Assembly: GCA_025612375.1 (NCBI GenBank)
Contig: JAAXKN010000003.1
Location: forward strand, 114,371 to 178,370
Length of the DNA: 64,000 nucleotides
Source of the DNA: Ignavibacteria bacterium
Lineage (GTDB): Bacteria; Bacteroidota; Ignavibacteria; Ignavibacteriales; SURF-24
Direction of reading: 5' to 3'
In this document: in pieces, positions 18,721 to 28,700 of the stretch
Numbering within the stretch: the stretch's first letter is position 1
Layout of the letters: every line of letters starts with the position of its first letter
Program-made: the position numbers and the translations under genes
The notes under the pieces: model-generated
The model's input: the letters and a program-made list of their open reading frames with translations, nothing else
Databases searched by the model: none
Told to the model about the DNA's origin: nothing

Positions 18721-20175
18721 TTATTTACCTAACTGAACTAAAAGCAAAACTATTGTGGCAATTGTGCCAACCACACTGGAGATGGCGCTGACCCTTCCGA
18801 GATAAAAGCTGAATGTCCGAGGAGTCTTTTTGGGCACCCAGATATAGTCCCCGGGTTCAATTGTCACGTTATTTTCTCCCACTGTCATCCATCTTCTGGT
18901 CTTAGCCTTGATTACACTTATCTCATCATAGTCTCTTGCCAGTTCACCAAGGCCGCCTGCCTGTTCAATGTAATACCTGGCGTCACGCCCAGGCTGAAAC
19001 TGTACGTAACCCGGAAATCCAACCTGCCCATAGATATAAACGAGGTTTTGCTGCTGGGGGACCAAAATGACATCCCCGTCCTTTACGGAAAAATTGGCCT
19101 GTGTTGTATCCGTATAAAGTTTTGTAAAATCCACCAGAGCGTTGCCGCGTAAGAGCCTTAACTGGTTATCTATTTTGAAGTATGCAGTATCCTCTTCCAC
19201 CAGGTAAGACATGCGTTCCATACGCAGGCCCTCCATCTGCTGGTTATCATAAAGAACTCCTTCGAGCCCTTCATTGGAAAATTTATTCTGCTCAAAACTC
19301 TTTGTAAGCATGTTTTTTTTGTACATTGTATAACTGTCTGTCCCTCTTACCAGCTCAGTCTTGTACAGTGAGGCAGTCGGCTTAAATCCTCCTGCTTGCT
19401 CAATCACATTTTTTACTGTTGTATTGTCCTTTGAAATTGGTATGTAACCCGGCTTATTTACTTCACCAAGGACAAGCACCCTAAAATCCTTTTTACTGGT
19501 TTCATCGGCAAGCACTCTTATACGGTCAGCCCTCTGGAGCGGGAGGTTGCTGTTTATATCAACAACTGTAGTCTCCAGTTTCTGCCCGTCATAGCTCGAA
19601 CGTACTATTTCAGCTTTTGTGACATTCTCATATGCCTTGCTAATACCCTGAGCAAAAAGCAGGGCGTCAGAAAGCCTGTCGCCTTCCATGAAGGCAAATT
19701 TTACGGGATTATTTACAGCACCATCAACTGATACAAAGTCCCTTTCCAAATCGAGTTTGGAAAATATAATCACATCTTCGTTCTTCAGGTAGGGATTCTG
19801 CTTGAAATCTCCGGTCAATCTGAACTTTTCAAGATCCAGGGTAAACTTTTCACCGTTCATTCTTTTCAAAACTATATTCCGCCTTGAGAAGTTCTCCATT
19901 CTCTGGGTCATAGTTTCCACTATGCGAGGATCTGTAATAGCACGAATGCTCTGTTCCCGGTACTGGTTAAACATGCGTGTTACGAACTGATCAAGACGCT
20001 CATACTGCGAGGCTGGGAAAGTACCATTTACAACAAATGCCCCCCCTATGGTCACACTTATTGCATTTGAAGCCGTCAATAATGAGCCAGAAGAAATTGC
20101 GGCGCCACCTAAAATATCCTGTGCGCTGGCAGAAACGGTTAATAGGAGGAAAAATAGAGTAATAATCCTGTACAT
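18721..20175 (-). CDS. Polysaccharide export protein (Wza-like, Poly_export + SLBB repeats)
   Basis: The signal peptide MYRIITLFFLLLTVSASAQ begins at the ATG at 20175 (M21 of the track ORF). SLBB-like segments recur (GEVNKPGYIPISKDNTTVKNVIEQAGG; GQVGFPGYVQFQPGRDARYYIEQAGG). There is a C-terminal hydrophobic helix. Confidence 0.85.
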   Translation of the reverse strand: MYRIITLFFLLLTVSASAQDILGGAAISSGSLLTASNAISVTIGGAFVVNGTFPASQYERLDQFVTRMFNQYREQSIRAITDPRIVETMTQRMENFSRRNIVLKRMNGEKFTLDLEKFRLTGDFKQNPYLKNEDVIIFSKLDLERDFVSVDGAVNNPVKFAFMEGDRLSDALLFAQGISKAYENVTKAEIVRSSYDGQKLETTVVDINSNLPLQRADRIRVLADETSKKDFRVLVLGEVNKPGYIPISKDNTTVKNVIEQAGGFKPTASLYKTELVRGTDSYTMYKKNMLTKSFEQNKFSNEGLEGVLYDNQQMEGLRMERMSYLVEEDTAYFKIDNQLRLLRGNALVDFTKLYTDTTQANFSVKDGDVILVPQQQNLVYIYGQVGFPGYVQFQPGRDARYYIEQAGGLGELARDYDEISVIKAKTRRWMTVGENNVTIEPGDYIWVPKKTPRTFSFYLGRVSAISSVVGTIATIVLLLVQLGK

Positions 20176-20382
20176 CAATTTTTCACGTTTTGGGTTAATG
20201 TTAAATTTCTTAAAATCCGAAGATATTGAGTTCACCTATGATTTATCACAAATTGAACTCTGGAATAAATTAATGATTAATTAGAAGAAGCTCACCTTTA
20301 CAGTAAAACACAGGATTTATTTCATTAAGAACCGTAAAAGCGATTGAGAATTTACTAAAAAACGCTCATAAAAACAAAGCAT

Positions 20383-21231
20383 TTAAGGAGCGGTAAATTC
20401 CTGAAAAGGCACATCCACCAGCAGGTTATCAATTAGCCTTGTCTTCCCTATCCTGCATGCAATTAAGATATAGTACACGCCGCCTGAGGCAAGTGAACTT
20501 ACTTCTTCAAAGCTTTTAGAATCAACAATTTTTATGTAATCCAGGCTTGCAGAATCCACTTCAGCAAACCTAAGATTCATCTGCTGAATGATTTTCTCTG
20601 AATTCCTTTCACCTGCAGAAACCATTTCACCGGCAAATCTTAAAGAACTGCTTAAGACGAGGGCATCTTTTCTTTCTTTGTCCGAAAGGTAAATATTTCT
20701 TGAGCTTAAGGCCAGTCCGTCTTTTTCGCGCACGATGGGAGAAACAATGATCCGGATATTCATTTTGAGGTCTTCAACCATGCGCATAATAACCGAGGCC
20801 TGCTGGGCGTCTTTCTGCCCGAAAACAGCTACATGGGGCATAACAGAGTTAAAAAGTATTGATACGACGGTGGTAACCCCCTTAAAGTGGGCCGGGCGCG
20901 ACTGTCCTTCCAGTCCTTTTGTTACGCCTGTTACTTCAACGTAAGTCTGAAAGCCTTTGGGATAGATCTCTTCAGCAGAAGGGATGAATACGCAATCAAC
21001 TCCTTCATTCAGGAGGAGTTTTTTGTCTTTTTCTTCGTCCCTTGGATACTTTGTAAAGTCCTCATTCGGGGCAAATTGTGTAGGATTAACAAAAATAGAG
21101 ACAACAACAACCTCACAGGCCTGCCGGGCTTTTCTTACAAGCGACAGGTGGCCTTCATGCAGGAAACCCATTGTAGGCACAAAACCTATTTTTTTCCCTT
21201 CTTTTCTCATTTGAAGGGAAAAATCCTGCAT
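20383..21231 (-). CDS. panC: Pantoate--beta-alanine ligase
   Basis: GFVPTMGFLHEGHLSLVRKAR...VSIFVNPTQF...FGQKDAQQ...REKDGLALSSRN are canonical PanC motifs. Confidence 0.95.
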   Translation of the reverse strand: MQDFSLQMRKEGKKIGFVPTMGFLHEGHLSLVRKARQACEVVVVSIFVNPTQFAPNEDFTKYPRDEEKDKKLLLNEGVDCVFIPSAEEIYPKGFQTYVEVTGVTKGLEGQSRPAHFKGVTTVVSILFNSVMPHVAVFGQKDAQQASVIMRMVEDLKMNIRIIVSPIVREKDGLALSSRNIYLSDKERKDALVLSSSLRFAGEMVSAGERNSEKIIQQMNLRFAEVDSASLDYIKIVDSKSFEEVSSLASGGVYYILIACRIGKTRLIDNLLVDVPFQEFTAP

Positions 21232-21282
21232 TTCTCTAACGGTACTTATAACTTTAATGGCAACACTCCTATGACAAAACTT

Positions 21283-21308
21283 AAAAACAATGCGCCTCCA
21301 GGGCGCAT
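21283..21308 (-). terminator. Rho-independent terminator after accD
   Basis: ATGCGCC (21290-21296) pairs perfectly with GGCGCAT (21302-21308) across a 5-nt loop. On the minus strand it is followed by TGTTTTTAAGTTTTG. It starts 8 nt after the accD stop codon. Confidence 0.6.
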
Positions 21309-21315
21309 AAAATCA

Positions 21316-22152
21316 TTAAAAAAAGTCTATCAGACTGGCAAGTTTCGTCTTCATATCTTTCCTGTGGACAATCAGATCCACGAACCCGTTCTCAAGAAGG
21401 AATTCAGAGGTCTGGAAGCCTTCAGGAAGGTCCCTGCCAATAGTCTGTTTTATTACGCGGGGCCCGGCAAACCCTATAAGAGCCCTGGGCTCTGCAATAT
21501 TTACATCTCCCAGCATGGCATAACTTGCAGTGATACCACCTGTTGTAGGATCGGTTAGAACCGAAATATACGGAATCCTGGCATCCGCAAGGCGTGCGAG
21601 GCGTGAACTGGTCTTTGCCATCTGCATCAGCGAATAGGCACCTTCCATCATACGGGCCCCACCGCTAGCAGAAACAACAATCATCGGGATCCTGTTCTTG
21701 TAGGCGCGGTCTATTGCGCGGGAGATCTTTTCACCCACTACAGAACCCATGCTGCCGCCGATAAATGAAAAATCCATGCATGCGAACGATACTTCCCGTC
21801 CATCAATTTTGCCGATGCCGGTTCTTACAGCGTCAGTAAGTCCGGTTTTCTTCATAGTTTCATTTATTCTATCGGGGTACTTTTTACTGTCTGTAAAGCC
21901 GAGGGGGTCGGCCGAACGCATTTTTTTATCATATTCCTTAACACTGTTCTTGTCGAAGAGTATGGAAATATATTCACTGCTGCCGATTCTGAAATGGTGC
22001 TCGCACTTTGTGCAAGTCCAGTAGTTCATCTCCAGCTGCTTTTTATGGATTATTTCACCGCAGCCCGGGCACTTTTCCCACAAGCCGTCGGGCAGTTCAA
22101 GTTTCGTACTGTCGGGCGCAATGTTTTCTTTAGATCTCTTAAACCATGTCAT
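21316..22152 (-). CDS. accD: Acetyl-CoA carboxylase carboxyltransferase beta subunit
   Basis: The N-terminal Zn-ribbon is [28 protein letters not shown]. Then ...[12 protein letters not shown]...[12 protein letters not shown].... Confidence 0.95.
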   Translation of the reverse strand: MTWFKRSKENIAPDSTKLELPDGLWEKCPGCGEIIHKKQLEMNYWTCTKCEHHFRIGSSEYISILFDKNSVKEYDKKMRSADPLGFTDSKKYPDRINETMKKTGLTDAVRTGIGKIDGREVSFACMDFSFIGGSMGSVVGEKISRAIDRAYKNRIPMIVVSASGGARMMEGAYSLMQMAKTSSRLARLADARIPYISVLTDPTTGGITASYAMLGDVNIAEPRALIGFAGPRVIKQTIGRDLPEGFQTSEFLLENGFVDLIVHRKDMKTKLASLIDFF

Positions 22153-22158
22153 ATTATC

Positions 22159-22875
22159 TTACTTTCCATTCTTTACTTCTGCGAAAATCACAATTGTCTG
22201 TTCGGGCTGTTTATAATCATTTGTGTAAAGAGTAACTGTCCGGCTTAACTTTCCCGATTTATTTGCAGAATCAAATTCAATAAGGAGGCTTCCCTCCTGT
22301 CCAGGCGTCAGGTGTCTGCCTGAGACCGAAGCAGCAGTGCATCCGCATGAAGTCTTAATATCTTTAATTTCAAGGTCACTTGTTCCGGCATTCTTAAAAC
22401 TTAATTTCCAGCCGGCAATTTTCCCCTCTTCCATTACTCCGAAATCGTGCTTTGCCTCTGAGAGCTGGAGTACGGGGCCGTTTTGAGTTGTATCCGGGAC
22501 CACATTGGCAGTAAAGGAGAGCCTGTATTCGGGATTTTCCTTGTCGTTTGAGATAATATAAACGTATTTCTGCTGTTTACCCTGGCGGCCGATAGTATTA
22601 AATTTCACATTAATTTTGGCCGATTCGCCCGGTTTCAGAATGTTTTTTTCGGGCTGTGCAGCAGTGCATCCGCAGGATGCTCTGACATCCATTATCACCA
22701 GGGAATCGCCGCCGGTGTTGGAAATTACAAAATCATGCTCCACAAATACATTCTGTTTTATATCCCCAAAACTAAAGACCGGGTTCTGAACCACCAATTT
22801 TGCTCCCACCACCTGAGCAAAGCTTACGCCAGCAAACAGCAAAAGCACGGTTAAAATTGTTTTCATCTTACTCAC
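22159..22875 (-). CDS. Secreted protein with two tandem DUF1573 domains
   Basis: The signal peptide is MKTILTVLLLFAGVSFAQ. Two internal repeats each carry the SCGCTAA motif (DVRASCGCTAAQPEK...INVKFNT and DIKTSCGCTAASVSG...LIEFDS). Confidence 0.8.
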   Translation of the reverse strand: MSKMKTILTVLLLFAGVSFAQVVGAKLVVQNPVFSFGDIKQNVFVEHDFVISNTGGDSLVIMDVRASCGCTAAQPEKNILKPGESAKINVKFNTIGRQGKQQKYVYIISNDKENPEYRLSFTANVVPDTTQNGPVLQLSEAKHDFGVMEEGKIAGWKLSFKNAGTSDLEIKDIKTSCGCTAASVSGRHLTPGQEGSLLIEFDSANKSGKLSRTVTLYTNDYKQPEQTIVIFAEVKNGK

Positions 22876-23528
22876 CTGATAATAAAGTTTTTTAGATATG
22901 CGGGTTCCAGAAAATCAAAGTCGTAAGTTAACAAATCTTTTCCAAATAAATAAGCCCATTTTGCAATTAATGAGGCTGAAGGGGAGCTGACAGGCATTTT
23001 ATCGGCATTTTTTACTGCATTTCCAAAAGCTACAGAGCCGTCACTTAGCTTTTCATCCAGGTCCCCTTTATAGATCACCTGCAGGGGTTCAATAAACTGA
23101 TAGCCATCCTTTGTGGAGAGGAATTTGGCATAGTAGAGTTCTTCAATATTAACCTTATTTGCCACAATGAATTTGGACCCTTCGGGCAGATAGGCTGAAG
23201 CCTGAAAAGCAAGTGCCTCAAATGTCGGGACTGAGATTATTGGCAGACCGCCTCCGATTGCCAGCCCCTTAACGGCTGACATACCGATCCTAAGGCCGGT
23301 AAAAGAGCCGGGACCTGAAGAGACAGCAACGGCCTGGACTTCCTTAAGAAGAACGCCAGCTGATTTTAAGACATCATCAACAACATCAAGAAGTTTTTCG
23401 GAATGAACATGTTTTAACATTAAATTAATTTCAGTGTATTTGCTGTCATTAAAATACACAGCGGCCGAGCAAAGCTCGCCTGAAGTTTCAACGGAAAGGA
23501 TCGGTTTATTTTCAGATATTTTCATCAT
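22872..23528 (-). CDS. tsaB: tRNA t6A37 threonylcarbamoyl-transfer complex dimerisation subunit TsaB
   Basis: ILSVETSGELCSAAVYF...AVAVSSGPGSFTGLRIGMSAVKGLA. I chose the ATG at 23528 because the longer track ORF (to 23636) would overlap tsaE by 44 nt. Confidence 0.85.
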   Translation of the reverse strand: MMKISENKPILSVETSGELCSAAVYFNDSKYTEINLMLKHVHSEKLLDVVDDVLKSAGVLLKEVQAVAVSSGPGSFTGLRIGMSAVKGLAIGGGLPIISVPTFEALAFQASAYLPEGSKFIVANKVNIEELYYAKFLSTKDGYQFIEPLQVIYKGDLDEKLSDGSVAFGNAVKNADKMPVSSPSASLIAKWAYLFGKDLLTYDFDFLEPAYLKNFIIR

Positions 23529-23592
23529 TTTTTCTACAAATATGGAACCACTGGCGTGGTTCGGATTAGATTTATTTATTAAACGGATAATA

Positions 23593-24021
23593 TCAGGATA
23601 TCTTATTAAAACTGATATCCCGTGAGAAGTCTTCATTTACGACAAAATTGATTTCTATCCTCCTGTGCGGCAATACCTCGGGCAGAAGCTCCGCCCACTC
23701 GATAAAAGTCACAGTATCCTCGCGCGTCAGGTACTCCTCAAAGCCTATATCGTAGAGCTCTTCGACCTTATTGATCCTGTAGAAATCAAAGTGATTAACC
23801 TTCAGGCTTCCTTCATATTCATTAACAATTGCAAAAGTAGGGCTGCTCACGTTATGAATTTCGAAGTTACGGAGAAGGTATTTAATAAAGGATGTTTTTC
23901 CGGCACCAAGGTCACCGTTTAAGGCCACTACTTCCCCGCCCTTTAGTGTGCGGGAAAATTCTCCTGCCAGACTGGCCGTTTGTTCCTCAGAGCTAACATT
24001 AACTGCAAAAGGGAATTCCAC
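23593..24021 (-). CDS. tsaE: tRNA t6A37 threonylcarbamoyl-transfer complex ATPase TsaE
   Basis: It has a Walker A motif (LNGDLGAGKTSFIK), then ...VSSPTFAIVNEY...HFDFYR.... The GTG start at 24021 directly abuts the stop codon of the upstream gene. Confidence 0.9.
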   Translation of the reverse strand: MEFPFAVNVSSEEQTASLAGEFSRTLKGGEVVALNGDLGAGKTSFIKYLLRNFEIHNVSSPTFAIVNEYEGSLKVNHFDFYRINKVEELYDIGFEEYLTREDTVTFIEWAELLPEVLPHRRIEINFVVNEDFSRDISFNKIS

Positions 24022-25593
24022 TTACGCTTTACTCTCCATAGTAATTATAGGTAAAATCATTTCTTCCATTGAGATACCTCCGTGCTGGAAAGTATCTTTA
24101 TAATAGCTCAGGTATTTGTGGTAATCCGTAGGATAGACAAAATAATAATCCTCTTTGGCTATTATATAGTTTATCGTAACACCTCTTTTAGGGAGCTTAT
24201 ATTCATCCGGATTTGTGATATATATTGCGTGTTTGTCATCTACCTTCAGATTGCGCCCGAACTTGAACCTGAGATTGGTTGAAGCCTCCCTGTCGCCTAA
24301 GACCTTCGCCCCGCGGAGTGTCCTGATTGAGCCGTGGTCGGTAGTAATAATGACCCTGGCATTTTTCATTCTGGCAATTGAGCGGAAAGTAGACAGTAAA
24401 GATGAATGAGCAAACCAGCTGTTAGTAAGCGAGCGGTATGCAGGTTCATCAGGAGCAATTTCCTTGAGCAGGTCTGAATCCGATCTTCCGTGGGCAATCA
24501 TGTCCAGGAAGTTAACCACAACGGCAGTAAGCTGGTTGTTTTGGTAAGAGAGTATATTCTGCTCGAAGTTTCGTCCCACCTCTGGATCAATAATTTTTAT
24601 ATATTTGAGCTCATTACGGAGCTTAACTTTTTTCCTGTCCAAAAGGAGCTGCAGGAGTTCCTTTTCATATTTATTGCAGCTGCGTTCGTCATCGTCGTTG
24701 CCCGACTGCCAGAGGCTGGGGTAATACTTTTCAATTTCTGCCGGGTAAAGGCCGCTGAAAAGAGAGTTCCTTGCATAAGGCGTAGCAGTGGGTAATATCG
24801 AATAATAATATTTCCTGTCGATATTAAACAGATCAGCCAGGTATTTTTCCATTCCGAACCACTGGTCCATTCTAAGGCAGTCGAGGACAAAGAAAAACAC
24901 AGGGCGTTTATCGTCGTCCAGCTGGTTAATAACGAAGTCATTTGCAATTGAAGGGGTCAGTGTGGGTGTTTCGGTCCCGGGCTTAGCATTAATCCATTTG
25001 AGGTAATTTCTTTCAACGAACTTGCTGAATTCCTGATTACATTCTTTTTTCTGATCGATCAGTGTCTGTCTTAATCCTATTTCGGGATGGATATCCAGTT
25101 CCATCTCCCAGTTTACAAGTTTGAGGTAAATTTCAATCCACTCATCATAATCAGGCCCCATCATCACAGTGCGGGATATCTGGTTAAAGTCCTGCAGATA
25201 ATCCTTTGCGACGTACTCGCCGGAGATTTTCCTTCCCTCGAGGATTTTCTTACAAACCAGGAGGACCTGGCTTGGATGTACTGGTTTTATCAGGTAGTCG
25301 GAGATTTTCCCGCCGATTGCATCATGCATCAGGGTTTCTTCTTCGCTTTTGGTTATCATTACAACCGGAATATTCGGGTTTATCTCTTTAATTTCAGCCA
25401 GTGTCTGCAGCCCGCCAATGCCAGCCATCATTTCATCAAGAAATACCAGGTCATAAACGTTATCTTTTACTTCAGAGACTGCATCTTCCCCGTTTGTAAC
25501 GGTTGAAACATCGTAACCTTTTTCCGTAAGGAAGAAAATGTGAGAGCGCAGGAGCTCTATTTCATCGTCAACCCATAATATTTTCTTTTTCAT
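24022..25593 (-). CDS. porX: PorX-like response regulator: CheY-type receiver domain plus C-terminal PglZ/alkaline-phosphatase-superfamily domain
   Basis: The REC domain is KKILWVDDE...DLVFLDEMMAGIGG...VVMITK. The C-terminal PglZ features are FFFVLDCLRMDQW, SILPTATPYARNSLFSG, NFLDMIAHG, ITTDHGS and HGGISMEEMILP. The 523-aa size and architecture match PorX of Bacteroidota. It sits immediately downstream of sprA. Confidence 0.8.
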   Translation of the reverse strand: MKKKILWVDDEIELLRSHIFFLTEKGYDVSTVTNGEDAVSEVKDNVYDLVFLDEMMAGIGGLQTLAEIKEINPNIPVVMITKSEEETLMHDAIGGKISDYLIKPVHPSQVLLVCKKILEGRKISGEYVAKDYLQDFNQISRTVMMGPDYDEWIEIYLKLVNWEMELDIHPEIGLRQTLIDQKKECNQEFSKFVERNYLKWINAKPGTETPTLTPSIANDFVINQLDDDKRPVFFFVLDCLRMDQWFGMEKYLADLFNIDRKYYYSILPTATPYARNSLFSGLYPAEIEKYYPSLWQSGNDDDERSCNKYEKELLQLLLDRKKVKLRNELKYIKIIDPEVGRNFEQNILSYQNNQLTAVVVNFLDMIAHGRSDSDLLKEIAPDEPAYRSLTNSWFAHSSLLSTFRSIARMKNARVIITTDHGSIRTLRGAKVLGDREASTNLRFKFGRNLKVDDKHAIYITNPDEYKLPKRGVTINYIIAKEDYYFVYPTDYHKYLSYYKDTFQHGGISMEEMILPIITMESKA

Positions 25594-25774
25594 TCTTTTC
25601 CCAAAGTTAAGTTCAGATCACTTAAATAGAGTATATAAATGATAAACTCCCGGCAATAATAAAAGTTCCCTTTTCCGTGGGTGCGCCGCATACCGGGCTT
25701 CAGTGCCGCAAAAACTCAGGCGGCCTGAACACTTCTAATTTTAGCCAAAAAGAACTGATTTTCCAAACATATAA

Positions 25775-28700
25775 TTACTGTATGGAAATATGGACATCCA
25801 AACCAGCTTCATTTGTTGTTGTTGCCGATATCCTGGCTGCCCCTTCAGGCTGTACAGAAGAGCGCTTATAGAATATAGAAAGTGTCACTTTAGAGCTTAT
25901 TACGTACTTAATTCTGGGTTCCATTGTTGTTCTGACGGTTCCGTCCTGAGGTATACCTCCTTCGGTAAACTTATCCATATTATAGTTTACTACGGAATTC
26001 TGGCTTCGTGTATAGGCCAGAGTAATTTCAATATCATTTTTCAGCGACAGGCCGAAAATCGGCAGGTCGAAACCGGTTTTTGAATAACTTGCCGAAATGC
26101 CAATTTCCTTTGAATTGGTTTCTGTGATACTCTTTGTTGAGTTACCCAGGTCATATCCGGTTTTAGTTGAATACTTCACGTTTCCAGAAAGATTTCCGTT
26201 CCAGAGGGAATTAAACGTCATATTAAGGCCGACAAGCGGCTGGAATCCGTAGTACAACTTCTGCGACTGGGTTTCCTGTCTTCCGTCAGGGTTAATTCTC
26301 CAACCTTCAGAGTACTCGGAACCATATGAGTGGTTCAAGGATACCTTTTTGGCCCAGGAGCTGAAAACAGCGTACTTCTCCAGTCCGTCCCAGTTAAAGC
26401 TCCAGTTAGGCCTCGGGATATACTTGGCAACATCCTTCAGAAACGGGAGTTTTGCAAACAACGGCATCGACTCAAACCCTTCCAGAAAAGCATCCGGGAG
26501 GTTGTTTGTTCCGGGTTTATAAAGCTCGCTTACGCGTTTAATGCCACTGTTTAAGAAACTCAAGAAAAATACAGGCGGCAGTGAGACAAATGAACGGTTA
26601 ATGCTTCCGGTTGAAGTCAAATTAACAATTTTAGTATTACCCAGAGAATCGGTCTGCAGCGTGGTATTCTTATTCATTGACCAGCCGATTTTCCATTTAA
26701 TATCGATCTGTGCGCCTTCCCAAAGAGGTCTTGAGGTACTGAAGTCCAGGTTGTTCCTCTGTGAGAAATTGTCTCCAAGGTTCGCTTTCAGTGCACGCGG
26801 GCCGACATCCTGGCTTAAGCCCAGCATAAACAAGCGTCTTGGGCCGTTGCCGTTATACTGGTTAAATCCCCAGAAGTTATAAAGACCTGTACCTTCTGCC
26901 CTGATACCCGACTTCTGAACCGTATTGTCCTGAGTATAATTAACATTTACAGATTCATAGTCAAACAGTATATAACGTATTCCGCCCTTAAAGGCTTTGA
27001 AAACTCCCTTAAAAGGATTTTTCTTAGGTTTAATCTCCAGGCTGTCCTTTGCAAAAGCCACCGCATTAGAATCTTTCATGGCCACAGAATCCCCTTTTGC
27101 CAGCTGGTTCTGAGGCAGGTTCTGCACAGGGTTCTGATTAGTCTGCCCCTGGGGAGGGATCTGATCCTCATCGCTGGAACGCTCTCTTGTACGGCGGTTC
27201 TTTGAGGGGGTCATAGTCGTCGTAGGCTTATTTTCCTGTTTTGCATTTTCATCATTGGTTTCCTTAAACATGGGCTCAAACAATGCTTTTACCCTTATCT
27301 TTAAGCCAAGATTAATGCTGTTATTAAATGAAGCGCTGCGCCCCAGGTCCTGCTGCTGGAAGTTATTATTCCATGAATAGCTTACACGGTAGCCGGTAGA
27401 AATATTAAAATAGTTATTCAGGTTCCAGATGTTTGGAAGTTTTGGATTTGTCCTCAAATCCACGCTCTGGTTGTACTGCCAGTCGCGTCCAAAGAACTGA
27501 CCCTTGAAAATATCCCACCAGATAGCGCCCTCACTTCTTTCCATATTGTTATCTGTAAGCAGATAAGCCAGCGAAGAAGAGATATCCAGGTTATAAGCAA
27601 GCGAGAGGTTCAAAAGCCCGCCTTCGGTCAGCTTCCAGTTAAAGGCAGCGTTTCTGGTTGCCTTAAAATCGCGTGAAATATTAGGTGCCGTATTAGCCAC
27701 TCTTGAAAGCAGGAAGCCGTAATTTCTCGTTGCTGAAACGCTTGCGCTAAAAGACTGCGGAGTGTAGTAAACCTTTGCGTTTCTGTAGTCTGAAAAGAGC
27801 TGCAAGATTGTACCCAGCACAGGGATATCAGCAGGATAGAAAAAGTTATTCTGCCCGAACTGGAGGGCATAATTCACACCTGCATTCCATACCCAGCTTC
27901 GGCTCGTAACACTTACAGGGTTTCTGCCGCGCGTCTTGTTGTAGTTAAAACTGAAGGAAAGATTATTGATCGTTTCCTTCACGAGCCAGAAATTTGAAGG
28001 GACATGGATTTTCATTCCCGACATGCTCCATGTATCCGAGATATTCAGAGTGTGGGTATTTGCGATAAAATCATCTGCTAATTTTTTGGCATCTTCAGGG
28101 CTTGTCCCTTCCTGAATTCTCTTATCACTCAACTGTTGAGCAGCCTGGTTGACCTTAATATCGGTTCCGGGGACATACAAAGGCTTGCTAATCTGTTCGG
28201 TTCTCTGGTAATTCACCCTGAAGCTGCTGCCGGACAGATTAAAGGGAAGAAGTTTCAGGACGTCCAGGTCCACCGATACGCCCCAGTTTTTGGTATCAAG
28301 CCTGGATCCGAAACGGTCGGAGAGGCCGTGAAAAAAGGGGTCTTTCTGCGCCATATTAAAGTTGATATTCATAATATCAGCAAGTTTCAGGCTTGCAGAG
28401 CTGCTGTATGCCCAGCCTTTGGTGTCATCAGCGCCAATTACCCTGAGTTCATCTATCCAGACCTGACCGGAGACATTATCATTATTTCCATTCCTGCCCG
28501 GATTAGCTACACCAATCATAAAAAATGAGACGCCCGTCAGAGTGGGATTTCCCTTTACCCTGTAGAAATGCCCCGGTTCACCAGGCACAGGGCGCTGGAA
28601 AGCTCCTTTAACGCTGTCCCTCAGCTGTTTTAATGCTGTCAGCTGTTCAAAAAGGATACTGATTTCATTCCAGCCTGCTTTAACGGGCTGACGGTATTCG

